Assembly (NCBI GenBank): GCA_963818785.1
Contig: CAWFTT010000009.1
Span: 104,469-168,468, forward strand
From: an uncultured Actinomycetota bacterium
GTDB taxonomy: Bacteria; Actinomycetota; Actinomycetes; Mycobacteriales; Mycobacteriaceae
Length of the DNA: 64,000 bases
Reading direction: 5' to 3'
Shown here piece by piece: positions 40,004 to 50,465 of this stretch. The position numbers and the translations under genes were made by a program. The notes below the pieces were generated by a model that worked only from the letters and a program-made list of their open reading frames with translations, had not been told where the DNA came from and made no database searches. The stretch's first letter is position 1; each line of letters begins with the position of its first letter.

Positions 40004-40123
40004 TTTCAGGCGCGCCGGCGGCGAACAGATTGATCGCCGCCCAGCGTCCGGCTGGCTGCCCGCCTGAGGAGGGTGACCCGACATCCGGCGGTGCGGTGAC
40101 CTTATGATCATCTGGTTCAGACG

Positions 40124-41035
40124 ATGATGAGCGCTCGCACCGTTACGTTCCCGAGCGTGGTCAGCCCCGGCCTCACGCTTGCGCCGCTACGCCGTGGCCC
40201 GTGGGATCCGTGCTATCAGAACTTCGCCGACGGGTCGATCTGGCGGACCAGCCTGTTGCCCACCGGCCCGGTCACGGCGCGGTTGCACCGCACCGCGGCC
40301 AATGCTGTTTCCTGCACTACCTGGGGTGACGGTGCCGCGGAATTCCTGGACGCGCTGCCGGCGCAGCTGGGCGCCGAGGACGACGCCTCGGATTTCGCGC
40401 CGCAGGAGGCGGTAGTCGCGAGGGCGCACCGCCGGGTTCCGCATCTGCGGCTGGGCCGCACCGGCCAGGTGCTCGAAGCGCTGATCCCGGCGATCCTCGA
40501 GCAGCGGGTACAGGGCGTCGACGCGTTCCGCGCGTGGCGGATGCTGGTTACCAGATACGGCACACCCGCGCCGGGTCCGGCACCGGAGCGGATGCGGGTG
40601 CCGCCGCCGGCCGAAGTGTGGCGCAGCATTCCGTCATGGGAGTTCCACCGCGCCAACGTCGACCCTCGACGGGCCCGCACCGTCGTGTTCTGCGCGCAAC
40701 GGGCGTCCTCGCTGGGCAAATTGGTGTCCTGGCCGGTAGCCGCGGCGCGCGACGCCCTCACCTCCCTGCCTGGCGTCGGGATCTGGACAGCGGCGGAAAC
40801 CGCACAACGCGCGTTCGGTGACGCCGACGCATTGTCAGTGGGCGACTATCACGTCCCGAAGATGATCGGGTGGACGCTGCTGGGCCGGCCAGTCACCGAC
40901 GAAGTCATGGTCGAACTGTTGGAGCCCATGCGACCGCACCGACACCGAGTGGTGCGACTGCTCGAAGCCAGCGGACTGGCCTACGAACCGCGGCGGGGAG
41001 CTCGCCTCCCGCTGCAGAATATTCGCGCCCTCTAG
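40124..41035 (+). CDS. AlkA-like DNA-3-methyladenine glycosylase (Rv0142-like)
   Basis: ILEQRV, LPGVGIWTA helix-hairpin-helix, GDYH. Confidence 0.85.
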   Translation: MMSARTVTFPSVVSPGLTLAPLRRGPWDPCYQNFADGSIWRTSLLPTGPVTARLHRTAANAVSCTTWGDGAAEFLDALPAQLGAEDDASDFAPQEAVVARAHRRVPHLRLGRTGQVLEALIPAILEQRVQGVDAFRAWRMLVTRYGTPAPGPAPERMRVPPPAEVWRSIPSWEFHRANVDPRRARTVVFCAQRASSLGKLVSWPVAAARDALTSLPGVGIWTAAETAQRAFGDADALSVGDYHVPKMIGWTLLGRPVTDEVMVELLEPMRPHRHRVVRLLEASGLAYEPRRGARLPLQNIRAL

Positions 41036-41037
41036 CC

Positions 41038-41063
41038 GGTTACCTGCTGCAGTGCGCGGGTAT
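41038..41063 (+). promoter_or_regulatory. SigF-type promoter GGTTA-N15-GGGTAT upstream of dps
   Basis: Read directly from the sequence. Confidence 0.55.
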
Positions 41064-41106
41064 CCGACGTTCGACGCGACAGGGCTAGACGTTTAGGGAG
41101 TAAACG

Positions 41107-41649
41107 ATGACACAGTTCACCGTTCCAGGCTTGACTGACAAGGACGGCGCGCAGGTCGCTGAGCTGTTGCAGAAGCAACTCAGCACCTACAACGACCTGC
41201 ACCTGACGCTCAAGCACGTGCACTGGAATGTGGTGGGGCCCAACTTCATCGGCGTACACGAGATGATCGATCCGCAGGTGAATCTGGTCCGCAAGTATGC
41301 CGACGAGGTTGCCGAGCGAATTGCGACGCTGGGTGGCTCGCCGCAGGGCACCCCGGGCGCGATCCTCAAGGACCGCACCTGGGATGACTACTCAGTCGGC
41401 CGCGACACCGTTCAGGCGCATCTGGCCGCACTCGACCTGGTCTACACCGGCATCGTCGAAGACACCCGTAAGGGCATCGCCGAAACCGAGGAACTCGACC
41501 CGGTGAGTCAGGACATCCTGATCGGCCACGCCGCCGAGCTGGAGAAATTTCAGTGGTTCGTGCGGGCTCATCTGGAGAACGCGGGCGGTCAGCTGACGCA
41601 CGAGGGCACTTCTACCGAAAAAGACGCCGCCAGCTCTGCTCGGAGCTGA
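41107..41649 (+). CDS. dps: Dps DNA starvation/stationary-phase protection protein
   Basis: KHVHWNVVGPNFIGVHEMID, DEVAERIATLG, EKFQWF. Confidence 0.95.
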   Translation: MTQFTVPGLTDKDGAQVAELLQKQLSTYNDLHLTLKHVHWNVVGPNFIGVHEMIDPQVNLVRKYADEVAERIATLGGSPQGTPGAILKDRTWDDYSVGRDTVQAHLAALDLVYTGIVEDTRKGIAETEELDPVSQDILIGHAAELEKFQWFVRAHLENAGGQLTHEGTSTEKDAASSARS

Positions 41650-41662
41650 CTCTCGTTACCGG

Positions 41663-43135
41663 TCAAGAGGGCGGGCGCTGGTCAGAATGGCCGGCGGCCG
41701 TGATCTCGCGTTCGGCTTCAGCGGTTTCGCGGTTGAGACGCTGCGCGTGGTAGATCGACACTTTGGTGTGGTAGAGCAGCAGTGAGGCGATTCCGACGGC
41801 GATGATCGCGCCCGGCACCACCGAGAACGATCCGGTCATTTCCGCCACCATGATCAGCAGCGCCAGTGGCGCATGCGCGATGCTGCCGAAGCAGGCCATC
41901 ATTCCCACCACTACGAAGATGCCGGGGCTGTCCGGGATGCCGGGCAGGTGGAACAAGTCGCCCACCCGCCATGTTGCGGCGCCGACGAACGCCCCGATCA
42001 CGATGCCGGGCCCAAAAATGCCACCCGATCCGCCCGTGCCGATCGACAGCGACGTCGCAACGATCTTCGCGAGCGGCAGAATCAACACTATCCACAGCGG
42101 AATAGCTGTCAGCGAGTCTTTGGCGGTGGCCAGCTGCACCCAGCCGTACCCGCTGCCCAGAACCTGCGGCAGCGCCAACCCCAGCAGGCCCACCAGCAAA
42201 CCGCCCACCGTAGGTTTGACCACCGCGCCGCCGGGAAGTCGGGCCGTCAGCCGCCCGGTGGCGTAGAAGATGCGGGCATACAGATAGCCCACGGTTGCCG
42301 CCGCGATGCCCAGGACGACGAACCACAGCAACGGCCAGGCGTCCTCGAAGCGGTACTCGGCATCGACATAACCGAACATCGGGTCGAAGCCCAGGAACGA
42401 ACCGAATACGGCGTAGGCCGTCGCCGAGGTGACGAAGCCGGGATATAGCGTGCGGTATTCGAAGTCGTCGCGGTAGATGATTGATGCCGCCAGCACGGCG
42501 CCGCCCAGTGGTGCGCCGAAGATGGCGCCGATGCCCGCGCCCACCCCCAGCGACACCAGGATCCGGCCGTCCTCGTCGGACAGGTGCAACCGGCGGGTGA
42601 GCATCGACGCGAAGCCCGCCGAAATCTGGGCCGTGGGGCCTTCGCGGCCGCCGGAGCCGCCCGAGCCGATGGTCAGGGCGCTGGAGACCATCTTGACCAG
42701 GACAACCCGGAGCCGGATGTGCCGCGGATCAGTGTGAATCGCCTCGATCGCGCTGTCGGTGCCGTGGCCGCTGGCCTCTGGAGCGAACCTGGCCACGATG
42801 AGTGCTGAGACCAACGCACCGGCCGTCGTCACCAGCGGAAGCGCCCAAGGCCGCAGGTAATGTGGAACTCCCGCGCTGCCGCCCTCCACCTTCGGGGTGG
42901 GCATCCGGTACCCGGCCAGGTCGCCGAGCAGGAAGTCGCCGGTGTAGCGCATCGCCAGGTAGAACACGACCGCACCAAGACCGGCGATTACCCCGATGAT
43001 GATGCCCAGTAGCAGCCACTTCTCAACGTATTCCAGGTTCCGCACGAAACGGCCGACCCGGCCGCCGGGAGCTTCCAGCGGATCTGGTTGAAGTTCTTCG
43101 CGGCGCTCGGTGTCGGTGTCGTCGACCGGCGGCAT
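41663..43135 (-). CDS. ClC chloride channel/antiporter (Rv0143c-like)
   Basis: GGSGGREGP, GGIFGP, multiple TM helices. Confidence 0.9.
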   Translation of the reverse strand: MPPVDDTDTERREELQPDPLEAPGGRVGRFVRNLEYVEKWLLLGIIIGVIAGLGAVVFYLAMRYTGDFLLGDLAGYRMPTPKVEGGSAGVPHYLRPWALPLVTTAGALVSALIVARFAPEASGHGTDSAIEAIHTDPRHIRLRVVLVKMVSSALTIGSGGSGGREGPTAQISAGFASMLTRRLHLSDEDGRILVSLGVGAGIGAIFGAPLGGAVLAASIIYRDDFEYRTLYPGFVTSATAYAVFGSFLGFDPMFGYVDAEYRFEDAWPLLWFVVLGIAAATVGYLYARIFYATGRLTARLPGGAVVKPTVGGLLVGLLGLALPQVLGSGYGWVQLATAKDSLTAIPLWIVLILPLAKIVATSLSIGTGGSGGIFGPGIVIGAFVGAATWRVGDLFHLPGIPDSPGIFVVVGMMACFGSIAHAPLALLIMVAEMTGSFSVVPGAIIAVGIASLLLYHTKVSIYHAQRLNRETAEAEREITAAGHSDQRPPS

Positions 43136-43228
43136 GCTGGAACGCTAGCAGTGCACGCAGCGGTGGGACCGAACGGAATAATCGGACCGCGGTCCGGTTA
43201 TACCGGCTGACACTGAAGGGAGGCGCCC

Positions 43229-44215
43229 ATGCCCGCTGTAACCGCAGATGTCTTGACCCTGTCCCGGCTTACCCAAGCGGGTCCCGCCGACGCCGAACGC
43301 CCGGTCCGGTCGGTCACGACCGGCCCGCGCGGCTACGAAGGCGAGGGGTTTCCCGTCGTCCGGGCCTTCGCCGGTGTCGACCGGGCCGCGCTTGACCCGT
43401 TCGTGCACATGGACCAGATGGGTGAGGTGGATTACCAGCCGGGCGAACCAAGAGGAACCGACTGGCACCCGCACCGCGGCTTCGAGACGGTCACCTACAT
43501 GATCGACGGCCGGTTCGCCCATCAGGACTCACACGGCGGCGGTGGTCTGATCGCCGACGGTGCCACCCAGTGGATGACCGCGGGCTCGGGAATTCTGCAC
43601 ATCGAAACTCCGCCCGTTGAACTGGTGGAAAGCGGCGGGCTCTTCCACGGAATTCAGTTGTGGGTAAATCTGCCGAGAAAAGCGAAATTCGTCAGTCCGC
43701 GGTATCAGGCCATCGAGGGCAACGACGTCGCGCTGCTCGCCTCACCGGATGGCGGGGCGCTGGTCCGGGTCATCGCTGGCAAGGTCGACGGTCACAGCGG
43801 CCCGGGTGTCACCCACACGCCGATCACCTTGGCGCACGCCACCGTCGAACCTGGCGCCGTGCTCAACATCCCGTGGAACCCGGAGTTCAATGCCTTGGTG
43901 TACGTGTTGTCCGGTCGTGGATCGATCGGCCCGGCGCGGCATCCGATTCGGCAGGGGCAGTTGGCGGTACTGGGACGCGGCGACCGGATCACCATCGCCG
44001 CGGCGGGAAGCCAGGATTCGCATCGGCCGGCCGTAGAGGCGTTGCTTCTCGGCGGACAGCCGATCCGGGAGCCAGTGTTTCACTATGGCCCGTTCGTGAT
44101 GAACAGCAAGGCCGAGCTCATCGAGGCAATTAAGGACTACGAAGCAGGAAAGTTCGGCACCATTCCGCCGAACGCCTTGACGCCGCATCGGCACGAACCA
44201 GGTCCGACCGCCTGA
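43229..44215 (+). CDS. Pirin family protein
   Basis: DPFVHMD, HPHRGFETVTY, QWMTAGSGILH.E, QLWVNLP, YGPFVMN. Confidence 0.93.
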   Translation: MPAVTADVLTLSRLTQAGPADAERPVRSVTTGPRGYEGEGFPVVRAFAGVDRAALDPFVHMDQMGEVDYQPGEPRGTDWHPHRGFETVTYMIDGRFAHQDSHGGGGLIADGATQWMTAGSGILHIETPPVELVESGGLFHGIQLWVNLPRKAKFVSPRYQAIEGNDVALLASPDGGALVRVIAGKVDGHSGPGVTHTPITLAHATVEPGAVLNIPWNPEFNALVYVLSGRGSIGPARHPIRQGQLAVLGRGDRITIAAAGSQDSHRPAVEALLLGGQPIREPVFHYGPFVMNSKAELIEAIKDYEAGKFGTIPPNALTPHRHEPGPTA

Positions 44216-44272
44216 TCAAGCCCAACACATGAACTACCGGGCACTGATGTGATGTATGGCACAATCTTTCTC

Positions 44273-44935
44273 GTGCCGCATTTGGCGAGTCGGGGCCCGG
44301 GCCGCCCCCCTGCTGCGACAGCGGCCGGTACGCGCAAGCGCATCGTGCAGGCCGCTCGCGCGGTGTTCAGTGAGTGCGGCTACGAAGCGGCGACCTTTCA
44401 GGCGATCGCGATACGCGCAGACCTCACCAGGCCGGCGATCAATCATTACTTCTCCGGCAAGCTGGTGCTTTACAAAGAGGTCCTCGAGCAGACGAACAAC
44501 CTCATTGTCGTCACCGCTGTGGAGCGGGCCCGGCGGGAAGCCACGCTGATAGGCCGGCTGGTGGCTTTCATCGCCTCGGCAACGCAGGGCGATTCGGAAA
44601 ATCCGTCGTCGGCGGCGTTCCTGCTCACCTCGGTGGTGGAGTCGCGGCGGCACCCCGAACTGAGCGCGCTGGAGAACAAGTCACTTCGGCTCACCCGTGA
44701 GTTCCTCACCGAAGCGATCGAAGAGGCCATCCAGGACGGCGAACTCACCACCACAACCGACCTGGCGTCGTTGACCGAGATGCTGGTGGCGGTGCTGTTC
44801 GGAGTCGGCTTCTACGCCGACTTCGTCGGCAGCCGTCGACAGTTGGACGTGATCACCAGCCAGCTGCAACAGTTGATGGCGGGGACTCTGTGGCGTTTCA
44901 CCAAACCGCAACCACTGGGTGGCGCGTCGCAGTGA
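44273..44935 (+). CDS. TetR regulator (Rv0144-like)
   Basis: GRPP...RKRIV.AAR..F...GY.AAT...LTRPAINHYF; CACAAT -10 box 7 nt before GTG 44273. Confidence 0.88.
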   Translation: MPHLASRGPGRPPAATAAGTRKRIVQAARAVFSECGYEAATFQAIAIRADLTRPAINHYFSGKLVLYKEVLEQTNNLIVVTAVERARREATLIGRLVAFIASATQGDSENPSSAAFLLTSVVESRRHPELSALENKSLRLTREFLTEAIEEAIQDGELTTTTDLASLTEMLVAVLFGVGFYADFVGSRRQLDVITSQLQQLMAGTLWRFTKPQPLGGASQ

Positions 44936-44990
44936 AATAGCGCACACAACCAAATAGCCTGCCTAACTTGTTGGGTAGCATGGTCGGCGT

Positions 44991-45944
44991 ATGACTGAGT
45001 TAGGCGAGGTACGTTCAATCCGGACCGAAGGTGACAGCTGGGATATCGCCACCAGTGTGGGCAGTACTGCGCTGATGGTGGCGGCGGCCAGGGCTGTCGA
45101 AACCGCATCGCGAGACCCGCTGATCCGCGACGAGTTCGCTCAGGTGCTGGTGTCATCGGTCGGGCCGGCGTGGCGACGGTTGGCCAGCCCAGATCTGGAG
45201 TGGCTTGGCGATGACGGGCATGGCCGGCGCGCGCACCGGGTCGCCTGCAACTACCAGGCCGTGCGGACGCACTTCTTCGACGCGTACTTCACGGCCGCCG
45301 TCGATGACGGCATCCGGCAGGTCGTGATCTTGGCCGCGGGCCTGGACGCGCGTGCCTACCGGCTCGACTGGCCGGCAGGCACCACGGTGTACGAGATCGA
45401 TCAGCCCAAAGTTTTGACCTACAAAGCCAGCACGTTGCAGGCTCACGGAGCTCGCCCGAAAGCCACCCGGCATGCGGTGCCGGTGGATCTGCGCGATGAC
45501 TGGCCCGCTGCACTGATAGCCGCCGGTTTCGACCGCAATCGACCGACCGCGTGGCTGGCTGAAGGCCTGCTGCCCTATCTGCCGGTGGACGCGCAGAATC
45601 GTCTTTTCCAGAAGCTGACAGCGCTCAGTGAACTCGACAGCCAGATCGCGGTCGAAGCCTTCCACATCGGCTCAGCTGACACCGAGCGGCGCAAAGCGGC
45701 GCGGCGCGCCCGATGGCTGCGGCTGCGCGACCGGCTCGGCCTCGACATCAACGTCGAGACACTCACCTACCAGGACGGTGACCGCCCAGATGCCGCGAAG
45801 TGGTTGAAGTGTCACGGCTGGCAGGTGCAGGCGGTGGACAACGCCGAGGAAATGGCCCGACTCGGCCGGCGGATACCCGAAGACCTCGCTGACGAGGCTG
45901 TCCGCAGCAGCTTGCTGCGCGCATGTCTCGCTCCGGCCGATTGA
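44991..45944 (+). CDS. SAM-dependent methyltransferase, LCM family (Rv0145-like)
   Basis: [36 protein letters not shown]. Confidence 0.9.
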   Translation: MTELGEVRSIRTEGDSWDIATSVGSTALMVAAARAVETASRDPLIRDEFAQVLVSSVGPAWRRLASPDLEWLGDDGHGRRAHRVACNYQAVRTHFFDAYFTAAVDDGIRQVVILAAGLDARAYRLDWPAGTTVYEIDQPKVLTYKASTLQAHGARPKATRHAVPVDLRDDWPAALIAAGFDRNRPTAWLAEGLLPYLPVDAQNRLFQKLTALSELDSQIAVEAFHIGSADTERRKAARRARWLRLRDRLGLDINVETLTYQDGDRPDAAKWLKCHGWQVQAVDNAEEMARLGRRIPEDLADEAVRSSLLRACLAPAD

Positions 45945-46940
<996 letters not shown>

Positions 46941-47081
46941 GCCGGGCTGGGCCGGGGGTACGTGACCCGATGTATCCAGCCTCATCTACCCGCCGTATAC
47001 AGAGAAGGCGCAGAATCGGCGCGCCGGTTGTTCTAGCCTCTACCGGCCGCCGAGCCAGTGATCTCACCTGAAAGGAAGTTC

Positions 47082-47945
47082 ATGCCCGGAGTGCAGGATC
47101 GTGTCATCGTCGTCACCGGAGCCGGCGGGGGATTGGGCCGCGAATACGCCCTGACGCTGGCACGCGAAGGTGCCAGCGTCGTCGTCAACGACCTCGGCGG
47201 ATCCCGCGACGGCACTGGTGCCGGGTCGGCAATGGCCGACCACGTGGTGACCGAGATCAAGGAAGCCGGCGGTCGTGCGGTGGCCAACTACGACAGCGTC
47301 GCCGAGCCCGAAGGTGCCCAGAACATCATCAAGACGGCTCTCGACGAATTCGGCAAGGTCGACGGAGTGGTGAGCAACGCCGGCATCCTGCGGGACGGGA
47401 CCTTCCACAAGATGACCTTCGAGAACTGGGACGCCGTGCTCAAGGTGCATCTCTACGGTGGATACAACGTGATCCGCGCCGCGTGGCCCCACTTTCGGGA
47501 GCAGAGCTTCGGACGTGTCGTTGTGGCCACCTCGACCAGCGGGTTGTTCGGTAACTTCGGTCAGGCCAACTACGGCGCGGCCAAGCTCGGTCTGGTAGGG
47601 CTGATCAATACGCTGGCGCAGGAAGGCGCCAAGTACAACATCAAGACCAACGCGCTCGCACCGATCGCAGCCACCCGGATGACCGAGGACATTCTGCCAC
47701 CGGAGGTGCTGCAGAACCTGACTCCGGAGTTCGTGGCGCCGGTGGTGGCCTATCTGTCCACAGAGGAAGTGCCGGACACCGGCTCCATCTTCATCGTCGG
47801 TGGCGGCAAGGTGCAGCGAGCGGCGCTGTTCCAGAACGAGGGCGTCACCTTCAAGACGCCGCCGTCGGTGGACGACGTGGCCGCACACTGGTCGGAGATC
47901 GACGACCTCTCCGCCGCGAAGCCGGCGAATTTCTCCATCCGGTGA
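47082..47945 (+). CDS. SDR oxidoreductase (Rv0148-like)
   Basis: TGAGGGLG, SNAGILRD, YGAAK. Confidence 0.92.
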   Translation: MPGVQDRVIVVTGAGGGLGREYALTLAREGASVVVNDLGGSRDGTGAGSAMADHVVTEIKEAGGRAVANYDSVAEPEGAQNIIKTALDEFGKVDGVVSNAGILRDGTFHKMTFENWDAVLKVHLYGGYNVIRAAWPHFREQSFGRVVVATSTSGLFGNFGQANYGAAKLGLVGLINTLAQEGAKYNIKTNALAPIAATRMTEDILPPEVLQNLTPEFVAPVVAYLSTEEVPDTGSIFIVGGGKVQRAALFQNEGVTFKTPPSVDDVAAHWSEIDDLSAAKPANFSIR

Positions 47946-47972
47946 CTTCAGCCGCGTGAAAGCCTGTGTCGC

Positions 47973-48941
47973 ATGAAAGCCTGCGTCATACAAGAGCTTT
48001 CCGGACCGTCGGGCTTGTTGTACACCGACGTCGAAGACGTTCACGGCAACCCGGACATACTGGTGCTCGACGTCCGCGCGGCCGGTGTGTGCTACCCCGA
48101 CCTGCTACTGAGCAAGGGTGAATACCAGCTCAAGCTGCCGCCGCCGTTTATCCCCGGCATGGAAGCGGCAGGGGTGGTGTGCTGGGCACCCGAGGAATGC
48201 GAGTTTCGCGTAGGAGAACGGGTTTCGGCTTTCGGTGTGCTCGGTGGCTACGCCGAGCAAGTCGCGGTTCCGCTGGCCAATGCAACGCGCAGCCCGGCCG
48301 AACTCGACGACGCGGAAGCGGTGTCGCTGCTGGTGAACTACAACACCATGTATTTCGCGCTGGCTCGCCGGGCCGCAATGCGGCCCGGCGACACAGTGCT
48401 GGTGCTGGGTTCTGCCGGCGGGGTGGGCAGCGCAGCGGTCCAGGTCGCCAAAGCGATGGACGCCGGTCTGGTGGTCGCGATGGTGCACCGCACAGCGGCA
48501 ACAGATTTCGTCGAGTCATTGGGCGCGGATGTGGTGTTGCCGTTGACCGAAGGCTGGGGTGAGCAGGTACGTGAAGTGACCGACGGCCGCGGAGTGGACA
48601 TCGTCGTGGATCCGGTTGGCGGTGCTGCCTTCGACGACGCCGTGCGCGTGCTCGCACTTGACGGCAAGCTCCTCGTCATCGGTTTTGCCGCGGGTGCCAT
48701 CCCCACCGTCAAGGTGAATCGGCTGCTGCTGCGCAATGTCGGCGTTTTGGGCGTCGCATGGGGTGAGTACCTCCACCAGGTGCCTGGTTCCGCTGCGTTG
48801 TTCTCCTGGGGACTGAGTCAACTGGTGTCGCGAGGTCTCAAACCACCGGCGCCGCAGCGGTTTGCGCTGTCCGACGGACGCAAGGCACTGCAGAGTCTGG
48901 CCGACGGCGGGGTACTGGGCAAGGTGGTGCTGGAACCGTAG
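47973..48941 (+). CDS. NADPH:quinone oxidoreductase (Rv0149-like)
   Basis: PPFIPGME.AG, GSAGGVG, IGFAAG, GKVVL. Confidence 0.9.
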   Translation: MKACVIQELSGPSGLLYTDVEDVHGNPDILVLDVRAAGVCYPDLLLSKGEYQLKLPPPFIPGMEAAGVVCWAPEECEFRVGERVSAFGVLGGYAEQVAVPLANATRSPAELDDAEAVSLLVNYNTMYFALARRAAMRPGDTVLVLGSAGGVGSAAVQVAKAMDAGLVVAMVHRTAATDFVESLGADVVLPLTEGWGEQVREVTDGRGVDIVVDPVGGAAFDDAVRVLALDGKLLVIGFAAGAIPTVKVNRLLLRNVGVLGVAWGEYLHQVPGSAALFSWGLSQLVSRGLKPPAPQRFALSDGRKALQSLADGGVLGKVVLEP

Positions 48942-48947
48942 CCCTGC

Positions 48948-50402
48948 TCAGGGAATAAGGCCGCCGATGAGTTCATATCCGGTCGTGGCCAGCGCCTCCC
49001 CGAGCACTGCGAGGTCAAGACCGACCGGCAGTGGCAGGATGCCGACGTCCGCTGCGAGCGGATCACCGAGGGCCGACACCAGGTTTCCGGATTCGATTCC
49101 CTGCTCAAATAGGCTTAAGTCGTAGTTCGGCAGAGACACTCCCAGCGCCAGCGCGGTGTCGAACAACGGCAGCACTGTCGAGGCGTCGGTGGAGACGACA
49201 TTCGTCAGACCGTTGACTATGTCAGTAGGTGATGAGTAGTCGATCGGGGTGATCGGGACGTCCCCGTGGAAGTAGGTGGCGCCCGCGCCCAACAGCTCCG
49301 AGAGGGTGGGCGTGTCACTCGGGGTGAGGTTGAACGTGTGCGCCGCGTCCAGCACCGTCTGCAGTGACGAGTAGTCCGTCCACTGTCCCGCTTGAATGTC
49401 GGCTAATGCCTTGGTGATTCCTTCGGGGATGCCCTGTACGAGGGCAGTGAGGACCTGGGCGGGATTGAGGTCGGGCAGGAACCCGAACGGGGTAGGGACG
49501 TCCGGGTTGTTGCCGATGTCCCAGCCGACGCTGGTATTGCCGTAGCCAAGGTTCACCAGCACCGACATGTCCGGTTGCAGCAGATCGGCCAGCGGATTGC
49601 CGCCCGGGATGAACCGCAAGATGTCGAGCAGCGGCAGTTCTTCGGTCGGATTCATGTAGTAGGTGGTCTCACCGAAGTGACCGAGATCGATTGCCTTCGT
49701 CGGGTCTTCGTCCACGTAGGCGAGGTGCTCGAAGATGATGCCCAGGTAAGCGTTGAGGTCGGACAGGATATTGATGGGTAGCGCGGGAAGTCAGCGAAAC
49801 CGTCATATTCGTTGGTGATGATGTCGGTGGGGAACAGGTCGCTCGGAGTGGCGCCGCTGGCGGTGACGCCAAAACTCGGAATCGATCCGCCGACAAAGCG
49901 TTCCAGGAATCCGCCGTCGGGATTGCTCGGGTTGCCGACGAGGATGAAGTTGACCGGTGCGTTCGGATCCTCCTTGTAGAGCTGCGTCATCTCCAGCGAA
50001 GCGATCGTCGAGCTCTGCGAGTAGCCGAAAACGTCGACGGGTTCGGTGGCTTTCTGCAGGACGTTGTTCAACGTTTCGACGCCCGCGCGACCGACGGGTC
50101 CAACGGCAGGCTGTTGACCCCGGTGATCGGATACAGCCCTTCAGGCGTCGTCAACGGTTGGACGGCGTTGATGGGCAGGCCGAGATAGAGTTTGTCAGCG
50201 GCGTCGGTATAGCTGTCTGGGGGTACCGGAAAGCCGCTGGGACCCATCACCCACGCCGTGCCGCCGTCGAAGCCGCCGCCAGGCTCGAAGCTGCCGGCGT
50301 CGGCCATTGCGGACCCTGCGGCCAGCGTCGACGTCAACGCCAGCCCGGCCCCCCGCTTGCGATCAGCCCCAGACTAAGCCAACGAAGTTTAAGCCCCGGC
50401 AC
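48948..50402 (-). pseudogene. PE-PPE-domain serine hydrolase with N-terminal signal peptide; three -1 frameshifts
   Basis: AAAGGAG SD then GTG 50402 (MPGLKLRWLSLGLIAS); fragments carry [42 protein letters not shown]...GNPLADLLQP; shifts near 50349-54, 50082-84 and 49776-78. Confidence 0.8.
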
Positions 50403-50465
50403 TTCGAACTCCTTTATAGCAAATACTCTGCTGCCCAGCGCATTTCAGTGCTTTCCGGTCAGCCT

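Noticed and set aside
41663-43135. Fluoride-specific CLC-F antiporter
   Set aside because: Lacks the GNNLI/GREGT/GEVTP signatures; has the generic GREGP and GGIFGP motifs
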